Shown here: piece by piece, positions 8,803 to 16,348 of the stretch
Layout of the letters: every line of letters starts with the position of its first letter
Numbering within the stretch: position 1 is the first letter of the stretch
Assembly (NCBI GenBank): GCA_043812655.1
Contig: JBDRLW010000039.1
Location: 1 to 40,602, forward strand
Direction of reading: 5' to 3'
Length of the DNA: 40,602 nt
From: a bacterium
GTDB lineage: Bacteria > Margulisbacteria > WOR-1 > O2-12-FULL-45-9 > XYB2-FULL-48-7
Program-made: the position numbers and the translations under genes
Notes under the pieces: model-generated
The model's input: only the letters and a program-made list of their open reading frames with translations
Databases searched by the model: none
What the model was told of the DNA's origin: nothing

Positions 8803-8831
8803 TAGTCGTAACAAACAACCGGAAACTTGCA
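8803..8831 (-). promoter_or_regulatory. Sigma-28-like promoter motif, copy 3
   Basis: TGCAAG-N15-TACGACTA on the minus strand. Confidence 0.65.
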
Positions 8832-8871
8832 TCCTCCTTCGCGCTTTGCGCTTCGGAGGACATGTCCTTTT

Positions 8872-9111
8872 TCAAACCACAAAATCATGGAGCGTACCGG
8901 GCAATTGGACGCCGGTCATGCCTGAAATAGCTTTTCTTACCGTCGATGGATCGAGTGTTTCTCCCTGGTTATTAACCGCCACATTCATTCTCTCGATCCC
9001 CTGATGGACGCGTTCGCCCAGGGTGCTTAATAGATCGCGGCTGGAATTATTGCTAAGTGGTTGAAAATTGCTGCCCGAGTTCGCTTTAAGTGAATCTGCT
9101 GTGCTTATCAC
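8872..9111 (-). CDS. Small hypothetical protein (about 79 aa), probably leaderless from GTG at 9111
   Basis: In-frame GTG 7 nt downstream of the -10 of promoter copy 4; the longer ORF-track version (to 9219) runs through the promoter and repeats. Confidence 0.5.
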   Translation of the reverse strand: MISTADSLKANSGSNFQPLSNNSSRDLLSTLGERVHQGIERMNVAVNNQGETLDPSTVRKAISGMTGVQLPGTLHDFVV

Positions 9112-9118
9112 ACTATTA

Positions 9119-9147
9119 TTATCGTGGAAAGAGAAAGAAAACTTGCA
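9119..9147 (-). promoter_or_regulatory. Sigma-28-like promoter motif, copy 4
   Basis: TGCAAG-N15-CACGATAA on the minus strand. Confidence 0.72.
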
Positions 9148-9167
9148 TGGGGGGGTGCAAAAGGAGA

Positions 9168-9337
9168 ACAACTTCAAACTGCAAACATCCAAATAAAGGG
9201 AATAAACTGCAAACTGCAAAACTCAAAATAAAGGGGAAAACATTAAAAATCAAACAACAAATCATCCATTCAGTTTTTTGCTCTTTTTTCCTAATTTGGA
9301 GCTTATTTTGAAGTTTGTAGTTTGTGGTTTGAGTTTC
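9168..9337. repeat. Degenerate heptamer tandem repeats (CAAACTN) arranged as an inverted pair downstream of the four-helix-bundle gene
   Basis: aaactgcaaactgcaaaactcaaaataa (~9205-9231) versus ttattttgaagtttgtagtttgtggttt (~9303-9330). Confidence 0.7.
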
Positions 9338-9344
9338 TTTAAGG

Positions 9345-9884
9345 CTATCTTGAGGTCCGCCCGCCGCATTTTATGATTATTGCGCTTAAAATGCTGGTTA
9401 TTTGCTCAATTTCATCGATATCAAAGTCCAGCCGGTTTTCTGCTATAAAAGAGGTATTAACTATTCGTAACCAATATCTGGTTTCTTTGGCCTCTTTTCT
9501 AGCAATACAGACCTTATTGATAAAGTCTTTTTTAGTTAACGCCCCGTCAGCTTCCTCATAATTCGCCCCAATTGACGTCCCTGCCCTTGCCAACTGTTTC
9601 CTAATTATTTCCGCTTCTGGCCTTTGCGGTAATTTTTTGCATATTTCCAGTATCCTTTTGGAAAAAATAAACAGCCTTTCCCTGATATCATATACTTTTG
9701 GTTTTTGATCTTTTCGAGCTTGACTATTATTTTGTAGTTTGCAGTTTGAGGTTTGAATTTCTTCACAGTTGTTTTGAAGTTTGTAGTCCCTCGGCAGTGC
9801 TCGGGATGGCTGGGATGGCAAGCTTGTCGAGCCATTTGCAGTTTGAATTTCCATTATTAATGGCTGGAGCATTTTTATTGCCAC
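9345..9884 (-). CDS. Four helix bundle protein (TIGR02436 / 23S rRNA IVS-protein family); start codon uncertain because the N-terminal extension is repeat-derived
   Basis: QLARAGTSIGANYEEA...DFINKVCIARKEAKETRYWL signature. Confidence 0.85.
   Translation of the reverse strand: MAIKMLQPLIMEIQTANGSTSLPSQPSRALPRDYKLQNNCEEIQTSNCKLQNNSQARKDQKPKVYDIRERLFIFSKRILEICKKLPQRPEAEIIRKQLARAGTSIGANYEEADGALTKKDFINKVCIARKEAKETRYWLRIVNTSFIAENRLDFDIDEIEQITSILSAIIIKCGGRTSR
9731..9850. repeat. Heptamer repeats (CAAACTN on the minus strand) plus a REP-like hairpin upstream of the four-helix-bundle domain
   Basis: tttgtagtttgcagtttgaggtttgaa, tttgaagtttgtag, tttgcagtttgaa; hairpin ccctcggcagtgctcggg at ~9788-9806. 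Confidence 0.6.
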
Positions 9885-9928
9885 ATTAAAGAGGAAATAA
9901 TTTGACGAAAATTAAACAGAGGCCTCTT

Positions 9929-10183
9929 TTAGATCAATTCGTTAACTTTGAGGCCAATAGGGCCGTAGCTAAAGCTAAAAGGGAGTTCCTGGGAGCTTGT
10001 TTCTTCAAGGACATTTTCATTTTTAAGGTTAAGCGGGGCCAGATCATTAATTTCTTCAAATCTAGCCAGGGCGGAGATCGTCTTATCGCGCAAAGCATTG
10101 CCAACGTTGGCATAAGCGGCCTCGGTTTGCGCTTTAATGTTATTATTAGGATTAATATTTATCTGATTTTCAATTTTACTCAT
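9929..10183 (-). CDS. Small hypothetical protein (84 aa) with an Asn-rich N-terminus
   Basis: ATG 17 nt downstream of the -10 of promoter copy 5. Confidence 0.65.
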   Translation of the reverse strand: MSKIENQININPNNNIKAQTEAAYANVGNALRDKTISALARFEEINDLAPLNLKNENVLEETSSQELPFSFSYGPIGLKVNELI

Positions 10184-10200
10184 ATTTTCTTCTACTTATA

Positions 10201-10229
10201 TTATCGTTTAATCCCCATTATTACTTGCA
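10201..10229 (-). promoter_or_regulatory. Sigma-28-like promoter motif, copy 5 (overlaps the last codons of the upstream gene)
   Basis: TGCAAG-N15-AACGATAA on the minus strand. Confidence 0.7.
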
Positions 10230-10529
10230 TTGGCCGCCAAACTTCTCTTTCAGCATCTCTTCAATTTTTGTGATCTTACCGAACACAGAATCAACGGTTT
10301 CTTCCTCTTCCGTCTGATAGCTGAAGCCCGTCTCCTTGACCATTTTTTTATTGTGCAGCCCGCCGGCCGAGGCGCTGTCGCCTTTAGAGACAACGCCGGC
10401 TTTAGCGGCGATCTCATTCATCTTACCAACAAAACCAGCTTCACCAACAGCTAGCGAGTTTGAAGACTGGGTAGCTTTACCCTTGATCTCTTGTCCCGCT
10501 GTTACCCAACCAAGATTATTAATGTTCAT
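10221..10529 (-). CDS. Small hypothetical protein (102 aa)
   Basis: GGAG RBS; 15 bp after the stop of the giant gene. Confidence 0.7.
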   Translation of the reverse strand: MNINNLGWVTAGQEIKGKATQSSNSLAVGEAGFVGKMNEIAAKAGVVSKGDSASAGGLHNKKMVKETGFSYQTEEEETVDSVFGKITKIEEMLKEKFGGQCK

Positions 10530-10544
10530 TTATTATCTCCATTA

Positions 10545-13500
10545 TTATACACTGGTATACGAGCGGCTTGTGCTGTTTACTCGCCCAATATTGTTTTCGA
10601 TCTCGGCCAATTTCATCGCGTCATCCCGCCACGATTCCTGACGTCCGCGTTTTTCTTTCTCCATGGCGGCTAAAACATGATTAACATCCTTGGCTGATGC
10701 CTGGACTTTTATCTTAGTTTGATCAACTGTAACTTTGGCAATCTCGGCTTTTTGCCCAGCCTCAACTTTCTTGACCGGTGTGGGGTTGGCCTGTGGCGCC
10801 AAAACCTTGGGAGCTTGCGGCTCTACTGGCGCCGCGCCGACAGGAACAGCCAAGCCATCTTCCATCCTCTTATTTTTATCCCCAACCAAATAATTGGTTG
10901 CAGCTTTATCCGGCTTCTTTAAGGATAGGAGAAATTTAGCGGTGCTATCAATTACTCTCTGCAGCATCGCGATCATGTCGTCATTTTTCGCGCTTTCGTA
11001 TTCCGCCGCCTGGAGGTTAAGGTCCATATCGCCGGAGCTAATTTGGCTTCTAACTGAACTGGTTTCCAGCCGGGAACCCGAAGCGGCCACCCCTTTCTGC
11101 CTCCCGTTCTTCTCTTCCGAGTCTTTATCCAGCTCTTTGTTATAGGCCCTTTTTTTCGAGCCGATCGTCCGGCCAAGCAAGCTCAAGTTCTTATCGACAA
11201 TATCGCTCACCAGCTGGCTGGCGGTCATCTCCATCATGCTGATCGCGAAATTGAGGTGTCTGAATTTCTCGGCTTCATGGCGCAAAACTTCCATCGGCTC
11301 ATTAAAGCTCGCGACTTTTTTCCGCAGCGGCTCAATTTTTTCCATTAGGTCTTTATACTCCAGCATTTCTTTGCTGACATCTTTTTTGGTTTTATTGGCT
11401 TCTTTAATGATCTTTTCCAGATCAGCGATTCGGGCCTCTTTGTTATCCAGTTCTTTCTTGACTGAAAAAAGATCACCGCCTTCTTCAAATTTATCGCTGA
11501 TCTCTTTCTGGCCATTTTCATTTTTCGCGCTGGCAATAGCGATCACGAGCTCCATAACCGCCACGGTCATCTGGACCATTGACAAGACAGCCGACCGCTG
11601 GTCTTCGCTGATCTCGTTAATCCGCTCGATCAGTGTTTCCAGGTTTTTAAGTGTAGCGCCAAGCTCGCCAAACGCGATCGTCCTGGCATAAGCAAAGGCC
11701 TGGTCTGTCTGGGTTGGCCGGCCGCTAACTCCGGTCATGGTAGCGTGGATCTGGTTCCGGAGTTCCGCTTGGGCCGCCCGTAATTTAGCAACCACATCAC
11801 GGATGTTGAATATTTTATCCATCTTATGCTGGAGGAGAGCCATCGCGCCATTGCTGATCCCCAACCGGCCGCCGCCAACCCCTTCGACCATCTCATAAGA
11901 AACAGAAGCATAAACATCGGCTTCTGACTCATCTAACCGGCCAAGGGTCGCGTCGTTTGCTTTGTCGTTTTCCTTTTTCTTGGTTAATTCTCTCTTGGCT
12001 ATTTGGGCAATAGTAAATAAGGAAAGCGCCGTTTTTACTTGGCTGATCAAAAACTCTAAGCCCGAGTTGACAAGTGAAGTTACCGCCGCCATTATGCCGG
12101 CCGCCGGTGAACCAAAAGCCCAGCAAGCAAGCGCTGTAATACTAATAAGCGATAAGTTAACTGTTGTTTTGATCACGGAAATCGCGATATCCCTGGCGGC
12201 GTCAACATGCCGTTTATGGGCTTCAACTTTCTGCGCTTGCAGTTGGACCAGTGAATCGAATACCTTCATCGTTTTTTCAAACTCCGCCTGGTTAACGCTG
12301 TTAACCAAGGCTCCCGGCCGGCGGCCAGAAACTCCGGTCATTTCCACGTGAACAAGATTGCGGGCTTCGGCTTTAGCCGCGGTTAACTTGGCGATCGCCT
12401 CCCTGGTATAGGCGATCCGCATTAATCTTTTCCGCAGTTCTTTGATCAGGTTGTTATTTAAGTTCCAATACATATCACCATTATTAGTGGTAACGCCATT
12501 GGTCATTAGTTCTTCATATATCTGGGCTTCAGTCTGGTCAATTTTAGCTTCAGTCCCGGTCCTTTCATCTTTTTTGAATATCTCGCGTAAAACATATTGT
12601 TCCAGATAATCGGTCATCATCTGTACCGCGTCGACTGATTTGCTGGCACCGACCGAAACCGCGCCGGCAACAGCCGCTCCAGCCTGCATGCCGAGAGAAG
12701 CGCCGATCCCAGCCGCTGCTAAAATTGCCGTAGCTCCGCCTTTAGTCGCTCCAACGCCAGTTGCCGCTGACCACATACCAGCAGAAGCGCCAGCAGTTTC
12801 AAGCGTTATAGTTAAGATAAAACTCAAGATCGCCTGCACCATTTGCTGGTTCTGGGCAAATTCCATGTTCCGGCTGGTCGCGACTTCATTGAGCAAAAAG
12901 ACGGCCATTTCCAGTTTAAACTGGGCCAGCATGAATTCCGCTTCCATGGCGTTCTCCACCAGGTCAGAATTCTCCCGTCCGCCCTTACCGGTCATTTCTA
13001 AGTGAACAAGTTTTCTAAGAGAAGCTTTTTCTTTGTGCAAGGCCCAGAGGACCCTTCTTAAATTCTGGATCCGGTTTAAAGGTTTCTGCAGTTCCCCCAC
13101 CTGCTTGCTATCAACATGCCAACCGCCAACGATCTCAAAACCGGTATCTTTTCTAACCCGATCAGCGATCGTCCTGACCACTGTTTTTTCTCTGACCGGC
13201 TTATGCGCGCCGCTGGGCCACGGCCCATTTTCCAGGACGTTTTCCTGCAGCCAGCCAAAAGGATCGCTCTCAATATCAAGCGTATTTTCTTCATTGGCCT
13301 TGCCATTAGTTTTCTCTTCCGCATTTGCCGTCTGATTCCAGGTATCAACATCCTCATTACCGGTGTTGGTATCGTGCTCTGTCTGCTCTGTTTCCGTCGG
13401 CTCTTCTTGATATCTATGGTCTCGCAAAAATAAGTAAGCTAACCCTTCACCTGTCAGTCTAATAGCAGCCGCAGCAATACCAAGAGGGAGCCCAACAAAA

Positions 13501-15725
13501 ATTCCCCAACCGGCCGAGATGCCTCCAAATATTGGTGCCAGCCAAGCAGTAGCAGGGAACATCATACAAACAAGGGCCGCCGCGCCAAAACCAAGTGATG
13601 GAGCCGTCGCCAAAACAGTCAGCCCATTGGCAACAACATTAAAGGGTAATTTTATTAAGCCGGCTGTAACCTGGTATTCCTGATATTTGCGGGTGTTTTC
13701 CAAATTCATTTTGCGCATTGATAAATTGATCGTGGTTTCAAAGAGCATCAGGTCGCGGCTGCTTTCCAGTTCTGACAGTCTTTTCGCGCTTTGGCTCCGT
13801 TCACGGCCGCCGACACCGGTCATCTCCTCGTGGATCATATTACGCTGGGTATCATCTTCTTCCGCCAGCATCATCCAAGCCCGTCTCAAGTTGCCAAGGC
13901 CGTAAAACCGTTGGCGCAGATCGCTCATCTGGTCGGGATTAATGTGGGAATAACCAGCTTTATCCCGGTAGGTAACAGAATCAACGCCTTCATTCGCCAT
14001 GTTCTCCTGGGCTCTTTGTAATTTTTTATCCAGTTCTTGACGGTCATTCTTTTTCTCTTCGGCTTTTTCTTCGTCCGCCTTTTTATCATCTTCTTGCCGC
14101 TGGGCGGTTAAGATCTGCCTCATGGTGCTCAACACTTCATTGACAGCGTCAAGATATTTACTGGTCTGTTCCATGGTGACCAGGGTGATCCCAATGGTCA
14201 AAATTCCGCCGGAGAGATAGTCGGCGATCGCGAACGGCGGGAATAACTTTAACAGGTCAAGAGCTTGCGTCTCTTTATACCAGGCTTCGAGCTGGTCAAG
14301 CGTCGCCCCTACTAATTCGGTCATAAAAATAGTGACGATCTTCTGTTTGTTCTGGACATATTTAGCGATGATAGTATCAGTATCCAAGCCTTTATCGGCC
14401 GCGACACCGGTCATTTCCTGGTGTACCAGACCGGCTTTTTCATTTTCGGCTTTCATCAGCATGCTGATCGCTACCGTCAGGCCGCAGAGAACACTGATCT
14501 TTTGGGCGAAGGCGGCTAAACGCTCCCCATCAATGTGCTGTTTCCCTTCCTCATCAAAATAATAGAAATCCTTCTCATCAAACCCGTCCATAGTAGTAGT
14601 CATTTCACCGTCGATCGCGGCGGCCATTTCGGCGTCGGAACTGCCGCTATTAATGGCGTTGATGGAATTGTATTCCGTTAAATAGCTGGTGTCGGCATTG
14701 TCATGCCATTTGTTTTTTTGCTCGATTATCCAAGCGTCAGCTGATTCCTGGGAATCAAAGATCGCCACAACATTCCCCCGATCGTCATAGATAACGTAAT
14801 CGTCATAACCTTCGCCCTGCTCGTGCTGAATACGATATTTTTTATCAACATCTTCCGGGCTGTTTGGAGCACAAGGATTTTCTGCGTATTGGTAGCCATG
14901 TTCGCTAACATATGATTCCGCGCTTTGCCGGTCACCTGACCTTTCAACCAATTTACCATCAACATAAACATCAAACTCATCATGTGTCCCACCAGAGGCG
15001 CTAACGTATCTAACTATAAAGGCTCCCTGAGTCCCGGCGCTATCTTGCTCGATAAAAGCTTCCGCTTCTTCCCGGCTGGAAAAAGTGTGGGTTTCACCAT
15101 TCTTGTCTTCCACCGTATATTCATTGTGATAATTACCGTCATCATCTTTAACGCTGTATTGGTGGATAGTATAATATTCGTGGGTTTCGCCATGGTCTTC
15201 ATTGTCAGCGTCGTTATTGGTGATCATATTCCAGAATTCAATTGCGTCACCAAGAGCTTTTCCGCCTTTTTTAATCCCGTCCTGCGCCTTCGGAATCGCC
15301 CACTCCAATATCGGTGTTGCTACACCATCAATTTCCTCCTGAACTTCTTTATGTGCCGGGAATATAATTTCCAAGTATTCATCAATTAGTATTTGAGCAG
15401 CCTTTTTCCCATTACCAAACACTTTTTCTTTCGACGGTAAATTGTATAAATAGTTGGAGAATTCTTCCTTAGGGTTCGCCGCGCCTTGGGCCAGGCCTTT
15501 AAAGGGGTTGCCGGAACCGCCGATCCCGCTTGAAGCATAATTGTTACTACCGCCAAAAGAATCACCGGCGCCCAAAGCATTTTGGACTTGGTTGTTGGTA
15601 TTATTGGCGGCTGAAGACGCCTCCGCGGCAAGATATGAAGCAGTTTCTTCGGTATTGTTTACCGTGTCTTTTGCTTTATCTTCAACGTAAGAAACGCCTG
15701 AATTAACGACTGATCCAAAGCTCAT
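10545..15725 (-). CDS. Giant repeat protein (1726 aa): five tandem coiled-coil plus hydrophobic-segment units, translocator- or pore-former-like
   Basis: GAGGGG RBS; HxxMTG motif at aa ~433, 630, 906, 1124 and 1325, each followed by a Gly/Ala-rich hydrophobic stretch; no signal peptide. Confidence 0.8.
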   Translation of the reverse strand: MSFGSVVNSGVSYVEDKAKDTVNNTEETASYLAAEASSAANNTNNQVQNALGAGDSFGGSNNYASSGIGGSGNPFKGLAQGAANPKEEFSNYLYNLPSKEKVFGNGKKAAQILIDEYLEIIFPAHKEVQEEIDGVATPILEWAIPKAQDGIKKGGKALGDAIEFWNMITNNDADNEDHGETHEYYTIHQYSVKDDDGNYHNEYTVEDKNGETHTFSSREEAEAFIEQDSAGTQGAFIVRYVSASGGTHDEFDVYVDGKLVERSGDRQSAESYVSEHGYQYAENPCAPNSPEDVDKKYRIQHEQGEGYDDYVIYDDRGNVVAIFDSQESADAWIIEQKNKWHDNADTSYLTEYNSINAINSGSSDAEMAAAIDGEMTTTMDGFDEKDFYYFDEEGKQHIDGERLAAFAQKISVLCGLTVAISMLMKAENEKAGLVHQEMTGVAADKGLDTDTIIAKYVQNKQKIVTIFMTELVGATLDQLEAWYKETQALDLLKLFPPFAIADYLSGGILTIGITLVTMEQTSKYLDAVNEVLSTMRQILTAQRQEDDKKADEEKAEEKKNDRQELDKKLQRAQENMANEGVDSVTYRDKAGYSHINPDQMSDLRQRFYGLGNLRRAWMMLAEEDDTQRNMIHEEMTGVGGRERSQSAKRLSELESSRDLMLFETTINLSMRKMNLENTRKYQEYQVTAGLIKLPFNVVANGLTVLATAPSLGFGAAALVCMMFPATAWLAPIFGGISAGWGIFVGLPLGIAAAAIRLTGEGLAYLFLRDHRYQEEPTETEQTEHDTNTGNEDVDTWNQTANAEEKTNGKANEENTLDIESDPFGWLQENVLENGPWPSGAHKPVREKTVVRTIADRVRKDTGFEIVGGWHVDSKQVGELQKPLNRIQNLRRVLWALHKEKASLRKLVHLEMTGKGGRENSDLVENAMEAEFMLAQFKLEMAVFLLNEVATSRNMEFAQNQQMVQAILSFILTITLETAGASAGMWSAATGVGATKGGATAILAAAGIGASLGMQAGAAVAGAVSVGASKSVDAVQMMTDYLEQYVLREIFKKDERTGTEAKIDQTEAQIYEELMTNGVTTNNGDMYWNLNNNLIKELRKRLMRIAYTREAIAKLTAAKAEARNLVHVEMTGVSGRRPGALVNSVNQAEFEKTMKVFDSLVQLQAQKVEAHKRHVDAARDIAISVIKTTVNLSLISITALACWAFGSPAAGIMAAVTSLVNSGLEFLISQVKTALSLFTIAQIAKRELTKKKENDKANDATLGRLDESEADVYASVSYEMVEGVGGGRLGISNGAMALLQHKMDKIFNIRDVVAKLRAAQAELRNQIHATMTGVSGRPTQTDQAFAYARTIAFGELGATLKNLETLIERINEISEDQRSAVLSMVQMTVAVMELVIAIASAKNENGQKEISDKFEEGGDLFSVKKELDNKEARIADLEKIIKEANKTKKDVSKEMLEYKDLMEKIEPLRKKVASFNEPMEVLRHEAEKFRHLNFAISMMEMTASQLVSDIVDKNLSLLGRTIGSKKRAYNKELDKDSEEKNGRQKGVAASGSRLETSSVRSQISSGDMDLNLQAAEYESAKNDDMIAMLQRVIDSTAKFLLSLKKPDKAATNYLVGDKNKRMEDGLAVPVGAAPVEPQAPKVLAPQANPTPVKKVEAGQKAEIAKVTVDQTKIKVQASAKDVNHVLAAMEKEKRGRQESWRDDAMKLAEIENNIGRVNSTSRSYTSV

Positions 15726-15752
15726 AGTTATTGCTTACCCCTCATATATAAT

Positions 15753-15781
15753 ATATCGGTATAAATAGGGTAAAACTTGCG
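15753..15781 (-). promoter_or_regulatory. Sigma-28-like promoter motif, copy 6
   Basis: CGCAAG-N15-ACCGATAT on the minus strand. Confidence 0.75.
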
Positions 15782-15809
15782 CTTTTTTCTTTGATTTTGA
15801 AGGGGATTT

Positions 15810-16028
15810 TTAGCGGCTTAAACGCTTAATTTGGTCAGCCAATTCTTTCTTTACCGCGGCAATTTCTTGGTTAACACCAGCGATCTTAGCATCGATCTTT
15901 TTAACCTCTTCTTCGGCTTGCTTTTTAATGATTGAAGAGCGAATAATAGCATAGACATTCCAGCTGATAAAAAAGACCGCCAGAATGCCAAAAACAACAA
16001 TCCAATTTATTGAATTAAACACGTCCAT
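15810..16028 (-). CDS. Small membrane protein (72 aa): one N-terminal TM helix plus a coiled coil
   Basis: WIVVFGILAVFFISWNVYAII hydrophobic segment, then heptads; overlaps the upstream ORF by 14 bp. Confidence 0.65.
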   Translation of the reverse strand: MDVFNSINWIVVFGILAVFFISWNVYAIIRSSIIKKQAEEEVKKIDAKIAGVNQEIAAVKKELADQIKRLSR

Positions 16029-16332
16029 CGACTTTTTTTTCCTCTCCTCGGGATATCATTACACCTGGCCTTGGCCCTTTACCAAACATCCTGGCAACGG
16101 CATTCCCAATTATATCAACTACAACATCAAGCAAGGACTTGGTCGGTACCGCATTAATATTAAGAGAAAGAATCCCTTCATTTTCTCCGGTCAGAGCGTC
16201 TTTTCGGTCAAAAGCTCGGCCATTAACCACCGCACCTTTTAGTGCTTGCTGAAGCTGTTCACCAGCTCTTAGAACCCCACCTGGGTTAGTTCGATAACTA
16301 TTCGGCCTACCACTAACTAATTGAACTGACAT
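16015..16332 (-). CDS. Hypothetical protein (105 aa)
   Basis: GAGGAG RBS; operon spacing. Confidence 0.6.
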   Translation of the reverse strand: MSVQLVSGRPNSYRTNPGGVLRAGEQLQQALKGAVVNGRAFDRKDALTGENEGILSLNINAVPTKSLLDVVVDIIGNAVARMFGKGPRPGVMISRGEEKKVDGRV

Positions 16333-16348
16333 ATTATATCATCTCCTC

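Noticed and set aside
8832..8861. Hairpin tcctccttcgc...gcttcggagga as a specific regulator of promoter copy 3
   Set aside because: It looks like a generic REP-like or terminator hairpin after the 79-aa gene; single copy here, with no further support
9112..9219. N-terminal extension of the 115-aa ORF-track call
   Set aside because: It runs through promoter copy 4 and the heptamer repeats; the GTG at 9111 is more plausible
9168..9850. CRISPR array
   Set aside because: The repeats are degenerate 7-mers without constant-length unique spacers, and there are no cas genes
9345..9884. Diversity-generating retroelement (Avd-like gene)
   Set aside because: No reverse transcriptase and no template/variable repeat pair with adenine-specific mismatches seen in the window
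10545..15725. Phage tape measure protein / prophage
   Set aside because: No capsid, terminase, portal, tail or integrase genes nearby, and the block is driven by repeated host-type promoters; not formally excluded without a profile search
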